Below are positions 1 to 7,778 of a stretch of 64,000 nt of DNA, piece by piece. The DNA comes from a virus, in the IMG/VR virus record IMGVR_UViG_3300025093_000019, positions 1-64,000 of that record, one strand, 5' to 3'. Position numbers and translations under genes: made by a program. Within the stretch, counting starts at the first letter, position 1. Every line of letters begins with the position of its first letter. The notes below the pieces were generated by a model. That model did not search any database, was not told where the DNA came from, and saw only the letters and a list, made by a program, of their open reading frames with translations.

Positions 1-2
1 GA

Positions 3-701
3 TCTATACTTACTGAGATATCAAATCATGCTTGGTTTGCAGAAATAGAAAAGCCAAATCAAACAGATCCTGAATTTATTACATATGATATAAGCTGCAA
101 TGAAGATTTCGCACTTCATGCAAAGTACTATGATTGGGAGAGAATATTTCAATTTTTTGTTGATCACCCAATTGCCAAAGCAACTCTTGCAACTAAGATA
201 ATACCGGTGAATTTCCTAAGCTTTAACCCAAATAGAAAAGTTAGGATTCGATTTAGTCTAATGCCTCAAAAGATAAAAGATATATTAGAACCAAACACTC
301 CGGATATTATTGATAGGATTAAAGCAATCGATGCATTTATAGAGGCAGGGTACGACGTACATGTTAATTTTAGTCCTGTTGTTATTTATGATGGATGGCA
401 AGAAGACTACAAAGAACTATTCATGATGCTAGATGATTATATCGATGACATGAATAAAGAAATAGTAAAAGCTGAGGTAATATTTCTTACTCATAATGAG
501 GACAAGCATTGGTATAACATGACCAATAATATACCAGGTGAAGATCTATTATGGACACCTGAAATCCAAGAGCTTAAACAGTCTCAATACGGAGGAGAAA
601 ACATTAGATACGAAAGAAAGGTAAAGGCTGAGAAAATTAAAGAGTTCATAGAACTACATGATCAGATTATACCGTGGAATACAATACGTTACATTTTTTA
701 A
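3..701 (+). CDS. Spore photoproduct lyase family radical SAM protein, 5'-truncated by the window edge
   Basis: The frame is open from base 3 (SILTEISNHAWFAEIEKPNQTDPEFITYDISCNEDFALHAKY...ATK...RIRFSLMP...GYDVHVNFSPV..YDGW.EDY..LF...EVIFLTHN). This resembles the C-terminal half of SPL-family proteins; the CxxxCxxC motif would lie upstream of the window. Confidence 0.75.
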   Translation, partial: SILTEISNHAWFAEIEKPNQTDPEFITYDISCNEDFALHAKYYDWERIFQFFVDHPIAKATLATKIIPVNFLSFNPNRKVRIRFSLMPQKIKDILEPNTPDIIDRIKAIDAFIEAGYDVHVNFSPVVIYDGWQEDYKELFMMLDDYIDDMNKEIVKAEVIFLTHNEDKHWYNMTNNIPGEDLLWTPEIQELKQSQYGGENIRYERKVKAEKIKEFIELHDQIIPWNTIRYIF

Positions 702-711
702 AAACAGAGAT

Positions 712-1284
712 ATGGGATTTGATGTATATGGTGTTAACCCAAAAAGAAACACCGAGAAAAAGCCAATTTTATTGAAAGAATATTTTGATCTAAATGAAGA
801 AGAGAGAGAAAAATACATAGAGGAATCTAGAAAATTTGAAAAGGAAAATCCTGGAGAATACTTTAGAAACAATGTATGGTGGTGGAGGCCATTATGGGAT
901 TATGTTTGTCATGTATGCCAGGATGTTATGAGTGAAGAAGATGTTCGAGCAGGACACTACAATGATGGAATCATCATTAACGCAGAAACATGCGATGCAA
1001 TGCTTGAGAAGCTTATGGTAGAACTCGCTACTGATGGACATATAAACTTTGAAAATCAGTACAAGGTTGAACAAGAGAATGCACCATTAATAGATTGTGA
1101 TCTTTGTGAAGGTACAGGTAAAAGAAAGCCTGCACCGAACATTGGAGCAGGAGATGTTCACTGCAACAAATGCGATGGAAAAGGTCAGACAAAACCTTGG
1201 TCATCTAATTATCCTTTTAGCGTGGAAAACGTAGAGGAGTTTGTATCTTTTCTTTCTGAATGTGGAGGAATGCAAATTTGTTAA
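712..1284 (+). CDS. Phage protein with DnaJ-type CxxCxGxG zinc-finger pair
   Basis: Likely start MGFDVYG at 712 (ORF track starts at 658, overlapping the upstream gene); contains YFRNNVWWWRPLW, CDLCEGTG and CNKCDGKG. Confidence 0.7.
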   Translation: MGFDVYGVNPKRNTEKKPILLKEYFDLNEEEREKYIEESRKFEKENPGEYFRNNVWWWRPLWDYVCHVCQDVMSEEDVRAGHYNDGIIINAETCDAMLEKLMVELATDGHINFENQYKVEQENAPLIDCDLCEGTGKRKPAPNIGAGDVHCNKCDGKGQTKPWSSNYPFSVENVEEFVSFLSECGGMQIC

Positions 1285-1285
1285 G

Positions 1286-1444
1286 ATGAAAGAAGTTGTA
1301 ATAATATCGTGGGTGGTTGCTGGCATAGTGGCCGCCTGCGTTTACATAAATAAAGCGTATGAAGCCTGGACGAAAAAAAGGAGTAAAGAACAAGAACACG
1401 ACAAAGATCATCAAGATCCACAAAGAAAAAATGAAAAAGCTTAG
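1286..1444 (+). CDS. Small membrane-anchored hypothetical protein
   Basis: ATG lies 1 nt after the upstream stop; N-terminal hydrophobic segment VVIISWVVAGIVAACVYI. Confidence 0.55.
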   Translation: MKEVVIISWVVAGIVAACVYINKAYEAWTKKRSKEQEHDKDHQDPQRKNEKA

Positions 1445-1446
1445 GG

Positions 1447-1662
1447 ATGAAAGAACCAAATAAATTGCCTTTATGGATATCATGGTTAATGGTAGTTTCA
1501 TTAATGCTGTTCATATATTTTATCGTTAAATTTGAGGTGCAAAAAAAGCATAGAAAGCACCAAGAAAGACTAATTAAAAACTTTTCAAGAATGTCTGATA
1601 GCAAAGAGATCCAGGATGCTTATGAAGAGCTTCATCCTGTAAACCAAAACAAAGATGAGTAA
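1447..1662 (+). CDS. Small single-TM hypothetical protein
   Basis: Tightly packed ORF; hydrophobic helix LWISWLMVVSLMLFIYFIV. Confidence 0.6.
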   Translation: MKEPNKLPLWISWLMVVSLMLFIYFIVKFEVQKKHRKHQERLIKNFSRMSDSKEIQDAYEELHPVNQNKDE

Positions 1663-1831
1663 AGAAGAATTAAAACAACAACTGATTGAAGAAGTTGTAA
1701 AGGATATAAAGTATTCTTTAGAAATGGGATGGGAAGAAGCAATAGAAGAATTACTTTCTTTCACACCTATTGAAAATCTTATTGGATACTTACCTGAAGA
1801 AAGTTGGGAAAAGTATAAACCTTTAAACTAA
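1655..1831 (+). CDS. Hypothetical protein (58 aa, absent from the ORF track)
   Basis: MSKEELKQQLIEEVVKDIKYSLEMGWEEAIEELLSFTPIENLIGYLPEESWEKYKPLN*; fills the gap between genes and is preceded by AAAACAAAG. Confidence 0.7.
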   Translation: MSKEELKQQLIEEVVKDIKYSLEMGWEEAIEELLSFTPIENLIGYLPEESWEKYKPLN

Positions 1832-1838
1832 AACAAAG

Positions 1839-2096
1839 ATGAAAAAGTTATTATACGGAATGGGGGCACTTACTTGGATAGTAATAAACCTAACAATTAT
1901 TTATGGAATAGGAAGAGGAGCTGCTTGGCTTATAACACAGTCACTTGGTAGTTTTTTACTATATCTAGCATTAGGGTTAGGTGGATTATTGCTGCTTATT
2001 GTACTAAGTCTTTTGTCTATAGGACTTATAGGCAGCCTATTTGACGACCATGATAAATGGACAGAAAGACTTGAGAGATGGTTTCCCTTTATGTAA
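1839..2096 (+). CDS. Two-TM membrane protein
   Basis: Two long hydrophobic segments; start context AAAACAAAG-ATG. Confidence 0.65.
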   Translation: MKKLLYGMGALTWIVINLTIIYGIGRGAAWLITQSLGSFLLYLALGLGGLLLLIVLSLLSIGLIGSLFDDHDKWTERLERWFPFM

Positions 2097-2111
2097 TAAA
2101 ACAAAACAAAG

Positions 2112-2423
2112 ATGGCAAAGAAAAGATTAAAGCATAGGTCATTAAATGTAAGTGATGGAACAATGATATCGTTATGTGAAACATGCGTTCATATGCCTCA
2201 AGGATCTGTTCCTCAAAATAATTTTCAAAAGGATGGAGGACATCCGGAGCAGCCGCATATGTATTGTTCTAAGAAAGCATTTTTTCCAGATATCAACTAT
2301 GATAATGATGGTGTACCTTTTTATGACGTGGCAAAGTGTGATGGGTACGATAGATACAATCCTCCTGGAACAAATAAGAAGCCAACACAGAAGCCAAGAA
2401 TAACTAGAGCAAATGAAACTTAA
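2112..2423 (+). CDS. Small Cys-containing (possible Zn-binding) hypothetical protein
   Basis: CETCVH...CSKK...CDGY; start context AAAACAAAG-ATG. Confidence 0.65.
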   Translation: MAKKRLKHRSLNVSDGTMISLCETCVHMPQGSVPQNNFQKDGGHPEQPHMYCSKKAFFPDINYDNDGVPFYDVAKCDGYDRYNPPGTNKKPTQKPRITRANET

Positions 2424-2739
2424 AGGAGTTAAAAGAGTACTGATTAAGCATTATGTATTTGCTACATCAGTAGAAGATTTTGCAGAATTTACAGGACTGC
2501 AACCAAAAAATGGATTTAACCATGTAAAGAGTGACAAAGAGCGTTTTATATGGGTTGAAGTAGTTGAAGACATCAAAAAAGCAGAAAAGAAATATCCATC
2601 TCAAGTAAAGTGGAGATCTTCAATGACAGAAAAGTTCATTAAAGAAAATAGTGATAGCTATTTACAATCAATAAACTTATTCTGCGGAAAAGAAATGGAC
2701 ATGAATAGCATTCCAGAAAGCTTAAAACAATATCTATAA
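2413..2739 (+). CDS. Hypothetical protein
   Basis: Overlaps the upstream stop; last gene before the terminator. Confidence 0.65.
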   Translation: MKLKGVKRVLIKHYVFATSVEDFAEFTGLQPKNGFNHVKSDKERFIWVEVVEDIKKAEKKYPSQVKWRSSMTEKFIKENSDSYLQSINLFCGKEMDMNSIPESLKQYL

Positions 2740-2783
2740 AACACAAAAGGCCGTCTAGTAATAGCTCGGCCTTTAATGTTTTT
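2738..2783. terminator. Bidirectional rho-independent terminator between convergent modules
   Basis: Stem AAAGGCCG (2746-2753) / CGGCCTTT (2767-2774) with an A-run on the left and a T-run on the right; lies between convergent gene blocks. Confidence 0.75.
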
Positions 2784-2829
2784 ACGCTCTCTTTCGAGAA
2801 GAATTCAACACTACAATATAGTGATTAAT

Positions 2830-3537
2830 TTATAATTCTCCTCTATAAGATACACTAAATTTTAGTGTTATATCTTCTCCTGTAGGAGTATTCGCAATAA
2901 GAAGAGTTATGTCTCCATTTGTGTCTATAGCAATAGTCCATGCACCATTGTTTGCAAAAGAAGTTATAGTAGATGTTTGCTCCCAATATACAGTGAAATA
3001 ACTTTTTACACTTGGTCTTGCTCCTACAGGTAAATTTCCTATTGGATCATCTGAATATGCACCTGTTAAGAATGCTTTAGTAATATCACCTCTGAACATT
3101 ACATGCTCTCCTGAAAGACAATACTCTAAAGTTCCAGCCCAACCATTAGTAGCACCAATAGCAAACCAAGAAGTGAAATCTCCACCTGTACCAGGAATAC
3201 CTTGCGGTCCCTGCGGCCCCTGTGGTCCGGCAGGCCCTTGAGGGCCAATTGGACCTTGAGTACCTGGTGTTCCTTGAGGTCCAGCTGGTCCAGCCGGTCC
3301 TTGTGGACCTTGGCTTCCTGTCGATCCATCACCACATGGCCCTTCAGGTCCTTGAAGATTTACCCATGGTCCCCATGATCCATCAGGATTTCTAAACCTA
3401 ATTTGAGTTCCATTCCATTCATGTTCTGGAACATCGCCAACCCCTCCTTGAGGTCCTTGTGGGCCTGTAGGCCCCATTGGTCCCTGTATAGGTTCAGGGC
3501 AATTACATTTATTCTTTTTACAACTTGGACAAGACAT
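2830..3537 (-). CDS. Collagen-like tail/head fibre protein
   Basis: Gly-X-Y repeats (GPQGPAGPAGPQG...), the EHEWNGTQIRFRNPDGSWG spacer typical of phage collagen fibres, a C-terminal receptor-head-like segment (VMFRG...IGNLPVGARP) and a Cys-rich N-terminus. Confidence 0.8.
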   Translation of the reverse strand: MSCPSCKKNKCNCPEPIQGPMGPTGPQGPQGGVGDVPEHEWNGTQIRFRNPDGSWGPWVNLQGPEGPCGDGSTGSQGPQGPAGPAGPQGTPGTQGPIGPQGPAGPQGPQGPQGIPGTGGDFTSWFAIGATNGWAGTLEYCLSGEHVMFRGDITKAFLTGAYSDDPIGNLPVGARPSVKSYFTVYWEQTSTITSFANNGAWTIAIDTNGDITLLIANTPTGEDITLKFSVSYRGEL

Positions 3538-3549
3538 GCTTTCTATTTT

Positions 3550-4518
3550 TTAATTCATTACTTTCATCATCCATGGGAACGCAACAAAGTCTGGTCTGTT
3601 CTCATGAGCTTCACTTGCAGGAGTACCTGATACTGGATCAATTGTAGTAGTTGCTGTAGATCCTGCGTGATTGTGATCACCATTTGGTTGAATAGTTTCC
3701 ATCGCATCGGTATCACCTGTACTTGGACTACTATCAACACTTCTAAAGGAAATTACACCATTAGCAGTACCAGCATCTTTTAATTCTATTGCATCATGAG
3801 AGTGCTGACCATCAGTTACAATATTCAATGATGTTGATGCCGTGTGAGTGTGAGCAGGAACAGCAGTTTGAGCGTCTGTAAGAGTAACACTATTAGCACC
3901 AGCACCTGAACCAATATTTTGGTATTCAGGATCTCCATCATCAAAACCAGCAACAAATTTCTTTCTAAGATCCGGAAGACTAAAGTTCACCCCCGAACCA
4001 CCATAGTTATACCCAATAACTGCAAATAGATCCGGATACAATGTATTATCTAAAGTCTGTCCTTCACACTTCAACCATTTAGCATTTGGAGGAGTTGATA
4101 CAGGATACAAGATCATACTTCCTATAGGCATATTTTCCGTTGCCGCATTTTCTATATTTACAATGTCCCCTTGAATATTAGTTATATCACCTTGAATACT
4201 TGTTATTGTATTCTGAATGATATCAATTGTATTCTGAAAATAAGTAGTAACAGTGTCAAGTGCAGTCTTGATCATTGATGGTCTAACATACAACGCAAAG
4301 CCATTTGCATTATTGTCAATACCATTATCATATTCATTTTGAGTTGCAGTCTCTACAAGACCTTGTTGTGTTTCTGTTGCTGTATCAGATACCTCTACTT
4401 TAAATGTTACTGAATCAGCAAAGTTTCTCATCACCTGTTCCGTCGGCTCATCCTGCGAAAGGAATCGCTCTGTATTCACGGTTGGTGTAAAAAAGTAATT
4501 TCTACTTTGGATAGCCAT
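3550..4518 (-). CDS. Tail fibre protein with phage tail-collar domain
   Basis: MPIGSMILY...WLKCEGQ.L....YPDLFAVIG..YG...FSLPDLR collar motif; ATETQQGLVETAT fibre repeat; HTH/HSH/HNH metal-binding tip motifs; heptad coiled coil. Confidence 0.85.
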   Translation of the reverse strand: MAIQSRNYFFTPTVNTERFLSQDEPTEQVMRNFADSVTFKVEVSDTATETQQGLVETATQNEYDNGIDNNANGFALYVRPSMIKTALDTVTTYFQNTIDIIQNTITSIQGDITNIQGDIVNIENAATENMPIGSMILYPVSTPPNAKWLKCEGQTLDNTLYPDLFAVIGYNYGGSGVNFSLPDLRKKFVAGFDDGDPEYQNIGSGAGANSVTLTDAQTAVPAHTHTASTSLNIVTDGQHSHDAIELKDAGTANGVISFRSVDSSPSTGDTDAMETIQPNGDHNHAGSTATTTIDPVSGTPASEAHENRPDFVAFPWMMKVMN

Positions 4519-4520
4519 GA

Positions 4521-4973
4521 CTAAACAATTTTAAATGGTGGAATACAATCATCATTATTTTCGATACGCATATAGTCGATTCCCTTCCCTATACTTGTAC
4601 CTAATCCAAATACACTGGATAATATACCCTTCATATCAATGCCGTGTTTGCATTTAAAATATTCAGTCATACACTCAAAGCCAAACTGGTCCCAAATCTC
4701 TTTCATAGTAGGAAGCTTGTCTGGACAATCAGTAGCTGTCTCCGGATATATATTCTTTAGCTTTAATTGCTGCTCGTAAAAAGCAATTTGACCATACACA
4801 AACATGTACCACAGATCATTCATCATATCATATGACTCAGTGGCACCATCTTGATTCCCAAATACTTCATAGTTCTCAGCATTACACATAAGATCAGAAA
4901 GCATAGGGTATATCTTGTCCCAATAGTTCTGGAACAAGACATCATTTATTGTTATTTCTTCACAACAGGTCAT
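4521..4973 (-). CDS. Hypothetical structural protein (tail region)
   Basis: Likely start MTCCEE at 4973, just after the upstream stop; located within the virion module. Confidence 0.6.
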   Translation of the reverse strand: MTCCEEITINDVLFQNYWDKIYPMLSDLMCNAENYEVFGNQDGATESYDMMNDLWYMFVYGQIAFYEQQLKLKNIYPETATDCPDKLPTMKEIWDQFGFECMTEYFKCKHGIDMKGILSSVFGLGTSIGKGIDYMRIENNDDCIPPFKIV

Positions 4974-4975
4974 AA

Positions 4976-7387
4976 TTAACAGCTTGAGCAATCACCTCTA
5001 TTAGTCGCAGTGTTCTTCTGCTCCGGACATAGGCAACCGCAGTCCATAATAATATCATGAATCTTAGCAAGGATTGCACATGCATCATGTAAGAAACACA
5101 TGTGATCATCCTGAACTAATTTAGATCCAACAGTGTACAGTTTGTTTCTATAAGCCATTCCAAGATATGTCATATACAATGGAACCAACTTATTAAGAGT
5201 CATTCGTGCAAACTCACGATGTTCTTCTGGTGATCCATCACAACGCTTGCAACAAGGATCTGAACAAGAGCACATTATCTTATCCATAAGGATGTGATAA
5301 CACTCTTGAAGAGCACATGTTTCAAATGCAGAAAAGCTATGAACAACTTCACCTGTTTCAGGATCCTTCATCTCAAAGATGTAAATACCATCTCCAGGTA
5401 ATTCAAATTCAAATGTATTGTCTTGAGACACATCCCATAATACATCATCAATAACAACGTCTTCCGGTGCTCCGCATTCCAATGGTTTTACAGATACCAA
5501 ATATTCTTCTACTTCGCACACTGGAGGACGATGTACATGCCAATTGTTGCATGAGTCTTTGTAAATATCAAAAGGCTCACACACATCAAAGCAAAGGATA
5601 CGCTTGGTGTTGCATCCCGGTAGGCAAACTTCTGCACAATATTTACCAGGAGGAAGACCAGGAACATTGATAATAATAGCATCAAGCTCAGTGTCATTTG
5701 CAACACTATAATCAACAGTAAATACCACTTCTTGAGTGACTTGGTTTACAACTTGGAATGTTATCACTGTTGGGTAAGCAGCAGGATCTATAGTTCCACC
5801 AAGATCAAAAGAGATTACTTCACCAGGTTTAATGCAATCAGGAGCACATGAAGGACCTGTTATGCATATATTGAAATGCGGACAAGCAGGAACTGCTACA
5901 GCACTAAAACAAATATCACACGATATTGTTCCGCATGGTCCAGTAACCTGAAGTTCACATGTTCCTTGTTCAGCTAAAGTAGGAGTGTATTCCAAATCAA
6001 TAACTCCGGAGCCTCCTGCCGGTACATTAATTGGAGAAGAAGAAATGATTGAAAGCCCTGTTGTCGTGCACGATCCTAAAGCAAAGCTAAAGTCATGTGC
6101 ATCTGATCCTGTATTTACGACAGTAACTTGAAACTGGGTAGTGTCTCCAACTAATGTTAAAGGAAGTTCTACCGGACATGTCTCAAGCTCAAAACTTGCA
6201 CAATCTGAACCAACTAATGTAAAAGAATTGACAATCCACTCCGGAGCATTAACACCACAAGATTCTTGAAGAGTAACAGTATAACATCCTGTTAATCCAA
6301 TTGGAACTTCCCCTGTACTTGTAGCACTCATGTTTATTACCTGTCCTATAGCAGTGCTTAAATCAACACCAACTCCATCTTGGACATCCAACAATACTGG
6401 ATCTACTAAAGGATCACAAGGATCTAATCTATAACAATCAAGAGGAGCAGGCTCTTCTGTCCAAATAGACAAAGGAATACTGAGTGCTTCAGACACACTA
6501 TGATTTGGACCACCATCAGTTGTTACATCTATCTGACTAGGAGTAAATGAAATATATCCATTTAAAGGATCATAAAAATGTGCAGCGTCAAGACTAGCTC
6601 CTGATGGGTTTGGTCCTTCTATAAATGTCCATGTAGATCCAGAATCAGTAGATCTTAAAAACTGTTCTCTCGTACCTGTAACCCACATGTTCACTCCATC
6701 TGGCCTCCAAGTTAAGTGATTTAATAGGTCAAGATCAGGATCTGGAGATGAATGAACTATTGGAAAAGTTGTACCTCCATCGGTACTCTTATATATATTG
6801 TTTGCTCCAATAGCTACAATTATCTGTTCATTATCAGAAATGTAGATACCTCCAATTCCACCTTGAAGTCCTGTATATAATAAGGTCCATGAGGATCCAC
6901 CATCTGTAGTTTTCCATACTTCAGATTGAAGTGCACCGAGTTTAGTAACACCTACAACACCAATTAAATCATTTATGAAATGTATTGAACTTGCATCTGC
7001 ATTTAGATCTTCTACACCTCCTGGTGTGGCGTATCCAACAATATTATAGTTATCACCACCATCAACCGATTTAAAAATAGCACCACCCTTTTTTCCCGTT
7101 ACATACGAAATTTGATTATCAACAATCCATATTTCAGGATATTCATCATCGTAAGCAGTTGCATAGTTACCTCCTGCTGCTGTCCAAGTTGCACCAGCAT
7201 CAATTGATTTGTAAATTTGATTGTTTCTACCAACAGCAATCACTTTATCTGGATCCTGTGGAAAAGCCATTACATCTAAAAAACCATCAATTGCTGCTGC
7301 AACAGAAACATCAATCCAGGGAAGCGTAAAATTATCTAATCTTCTAACTTCTCCTGCGGATCTAGTAGTATAATACGTTCTTATCAT
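4976..7387 (-). CDS. Tail-associated protein: BNR/Asp-box beta-propeller plus Cys-rich Ig-like C-terminal region
   Basis: Repeated S/T-x-D-G/A-G-x-T/S-W boxes (KSIDAGATW, KSVDGGDNY, KTTDGGSSW, KSTDGGTTF, RSTDSGSTW); about 37 Cys, all after residue ~315. Confidence 0.75.
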   Translation of the reverse strand: MIRTYYTTRSAGEVRRLDNFTLPWIDVSVAAAIDGFLDVMAFPQDPDKVIAVGRNNQIYKSIDAGATWTAAGGNYATAYDDEYPEIWIVDNQISYVTGKKGGAIFKSVDGGDNYNIVGYATPGGVEDLNADASSIHFINDLIGVVGVTKLGALQSEVWKTTDGGSSWTLLYTGLQGGIGGIYISDNEQIIVAIGANNIYKSTDGGTTFPIVHSSPDPDLDLLNHLTWRPDGVNMWVTGTREQFLRSTDSGSTWTFIEGPNPSGASLDAAHFYDPLNGYISFTPSQIDVTTDGGPNHSVSEALSIPLSIWTEEPAPLDCYRLDPCDPLVDPVLLDVQDGVGVDLSTAIGQVINMSATSTGEVPIGLTGCYTVTLQESCGVNAPEWIVNSFTLVGSDCASFELETCPVELPLTLVGDTTQFQVTVVNTGSDAHDFSFALGSCTTTGLSIISSSPINVPAGGSGVIDLEYTPTLAEQGTCELQVTGPCGTISCDICFSAVAVPACPHFNICITGPSCAPDCIKPGEVISFDLGGTIDPAAYPTVITFQVVNQVTQEVVFTVDYSVANDTELDAIIINVPGLPPGKYCAEVCLPGCNTKRILCFDVCEPFDIYKDSCNNWHVHRPPVCEVEEYLVSVKPLECGAPEDVVIDDVLWDVSQDNTFEFELPGDGIYIFEMKDPETGEVVHSFSAFETCALQECYHILMDKIMCSCSDPCCKRCDGSPEEHREFARMTLNKLVPLYMTYLGMAYRNKLYTVGSKLVQDDHMCFLHDACAILAKIHDIIMDCGCLCPEQKNTATNRGDCSSC

Positions 7388-7389
7388 GT

Positions 7390-7767
7390 CTAATTACAAT
7401 TTGCATTAATATCGCATGTGGTAATCGGATCATTACAAAGAATCCGTATTGTCACATTATTATAGGTACAACTTCCATCATCGATAGTCGCACAAGGGTT
7501 ATAGTTACACGCTACAGGATCTGTACATCCTTCTAGTGTACCATCAGCACAATCAGTACAGCTGCTAAATATTGGACCTACATGAGTAATATTCTCTGTA
7601 GGTCCAGAATATTGAGTATCATCAGTGATTAGAGTAACTTGAAAACAAACGCCAGGATACTCCTGAGTTTGGAAATAGCTACCTAATCCAAGCCCGGAAG
7701 CAGCAAGATCACTTAATGTATAAATGATTTGTGTTCCCGAGCAATCTGTTATTTGATAAATTATCAT
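7390..7767 (-). CDS. Small Cys-rich structural protein with a GCTDPxACNY repeat
   Basis: GCTDPVACNYNPCATIDDGSCTY motif. Confidence 0.65.
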   Translation of the reverse strand: MIIYQITDCSGTQIIYTLSDLAASGLGLGSYFQTQEYPGVCFQVTLITDDTQYSGPTENITHVGPIFSSCTDCADGTLEGCTDPVACNYNPCATIDDGSCTYNNVTIRILCNDPITTCDINANCN

Positions 7768-7778
7768 ATCACATTTCT

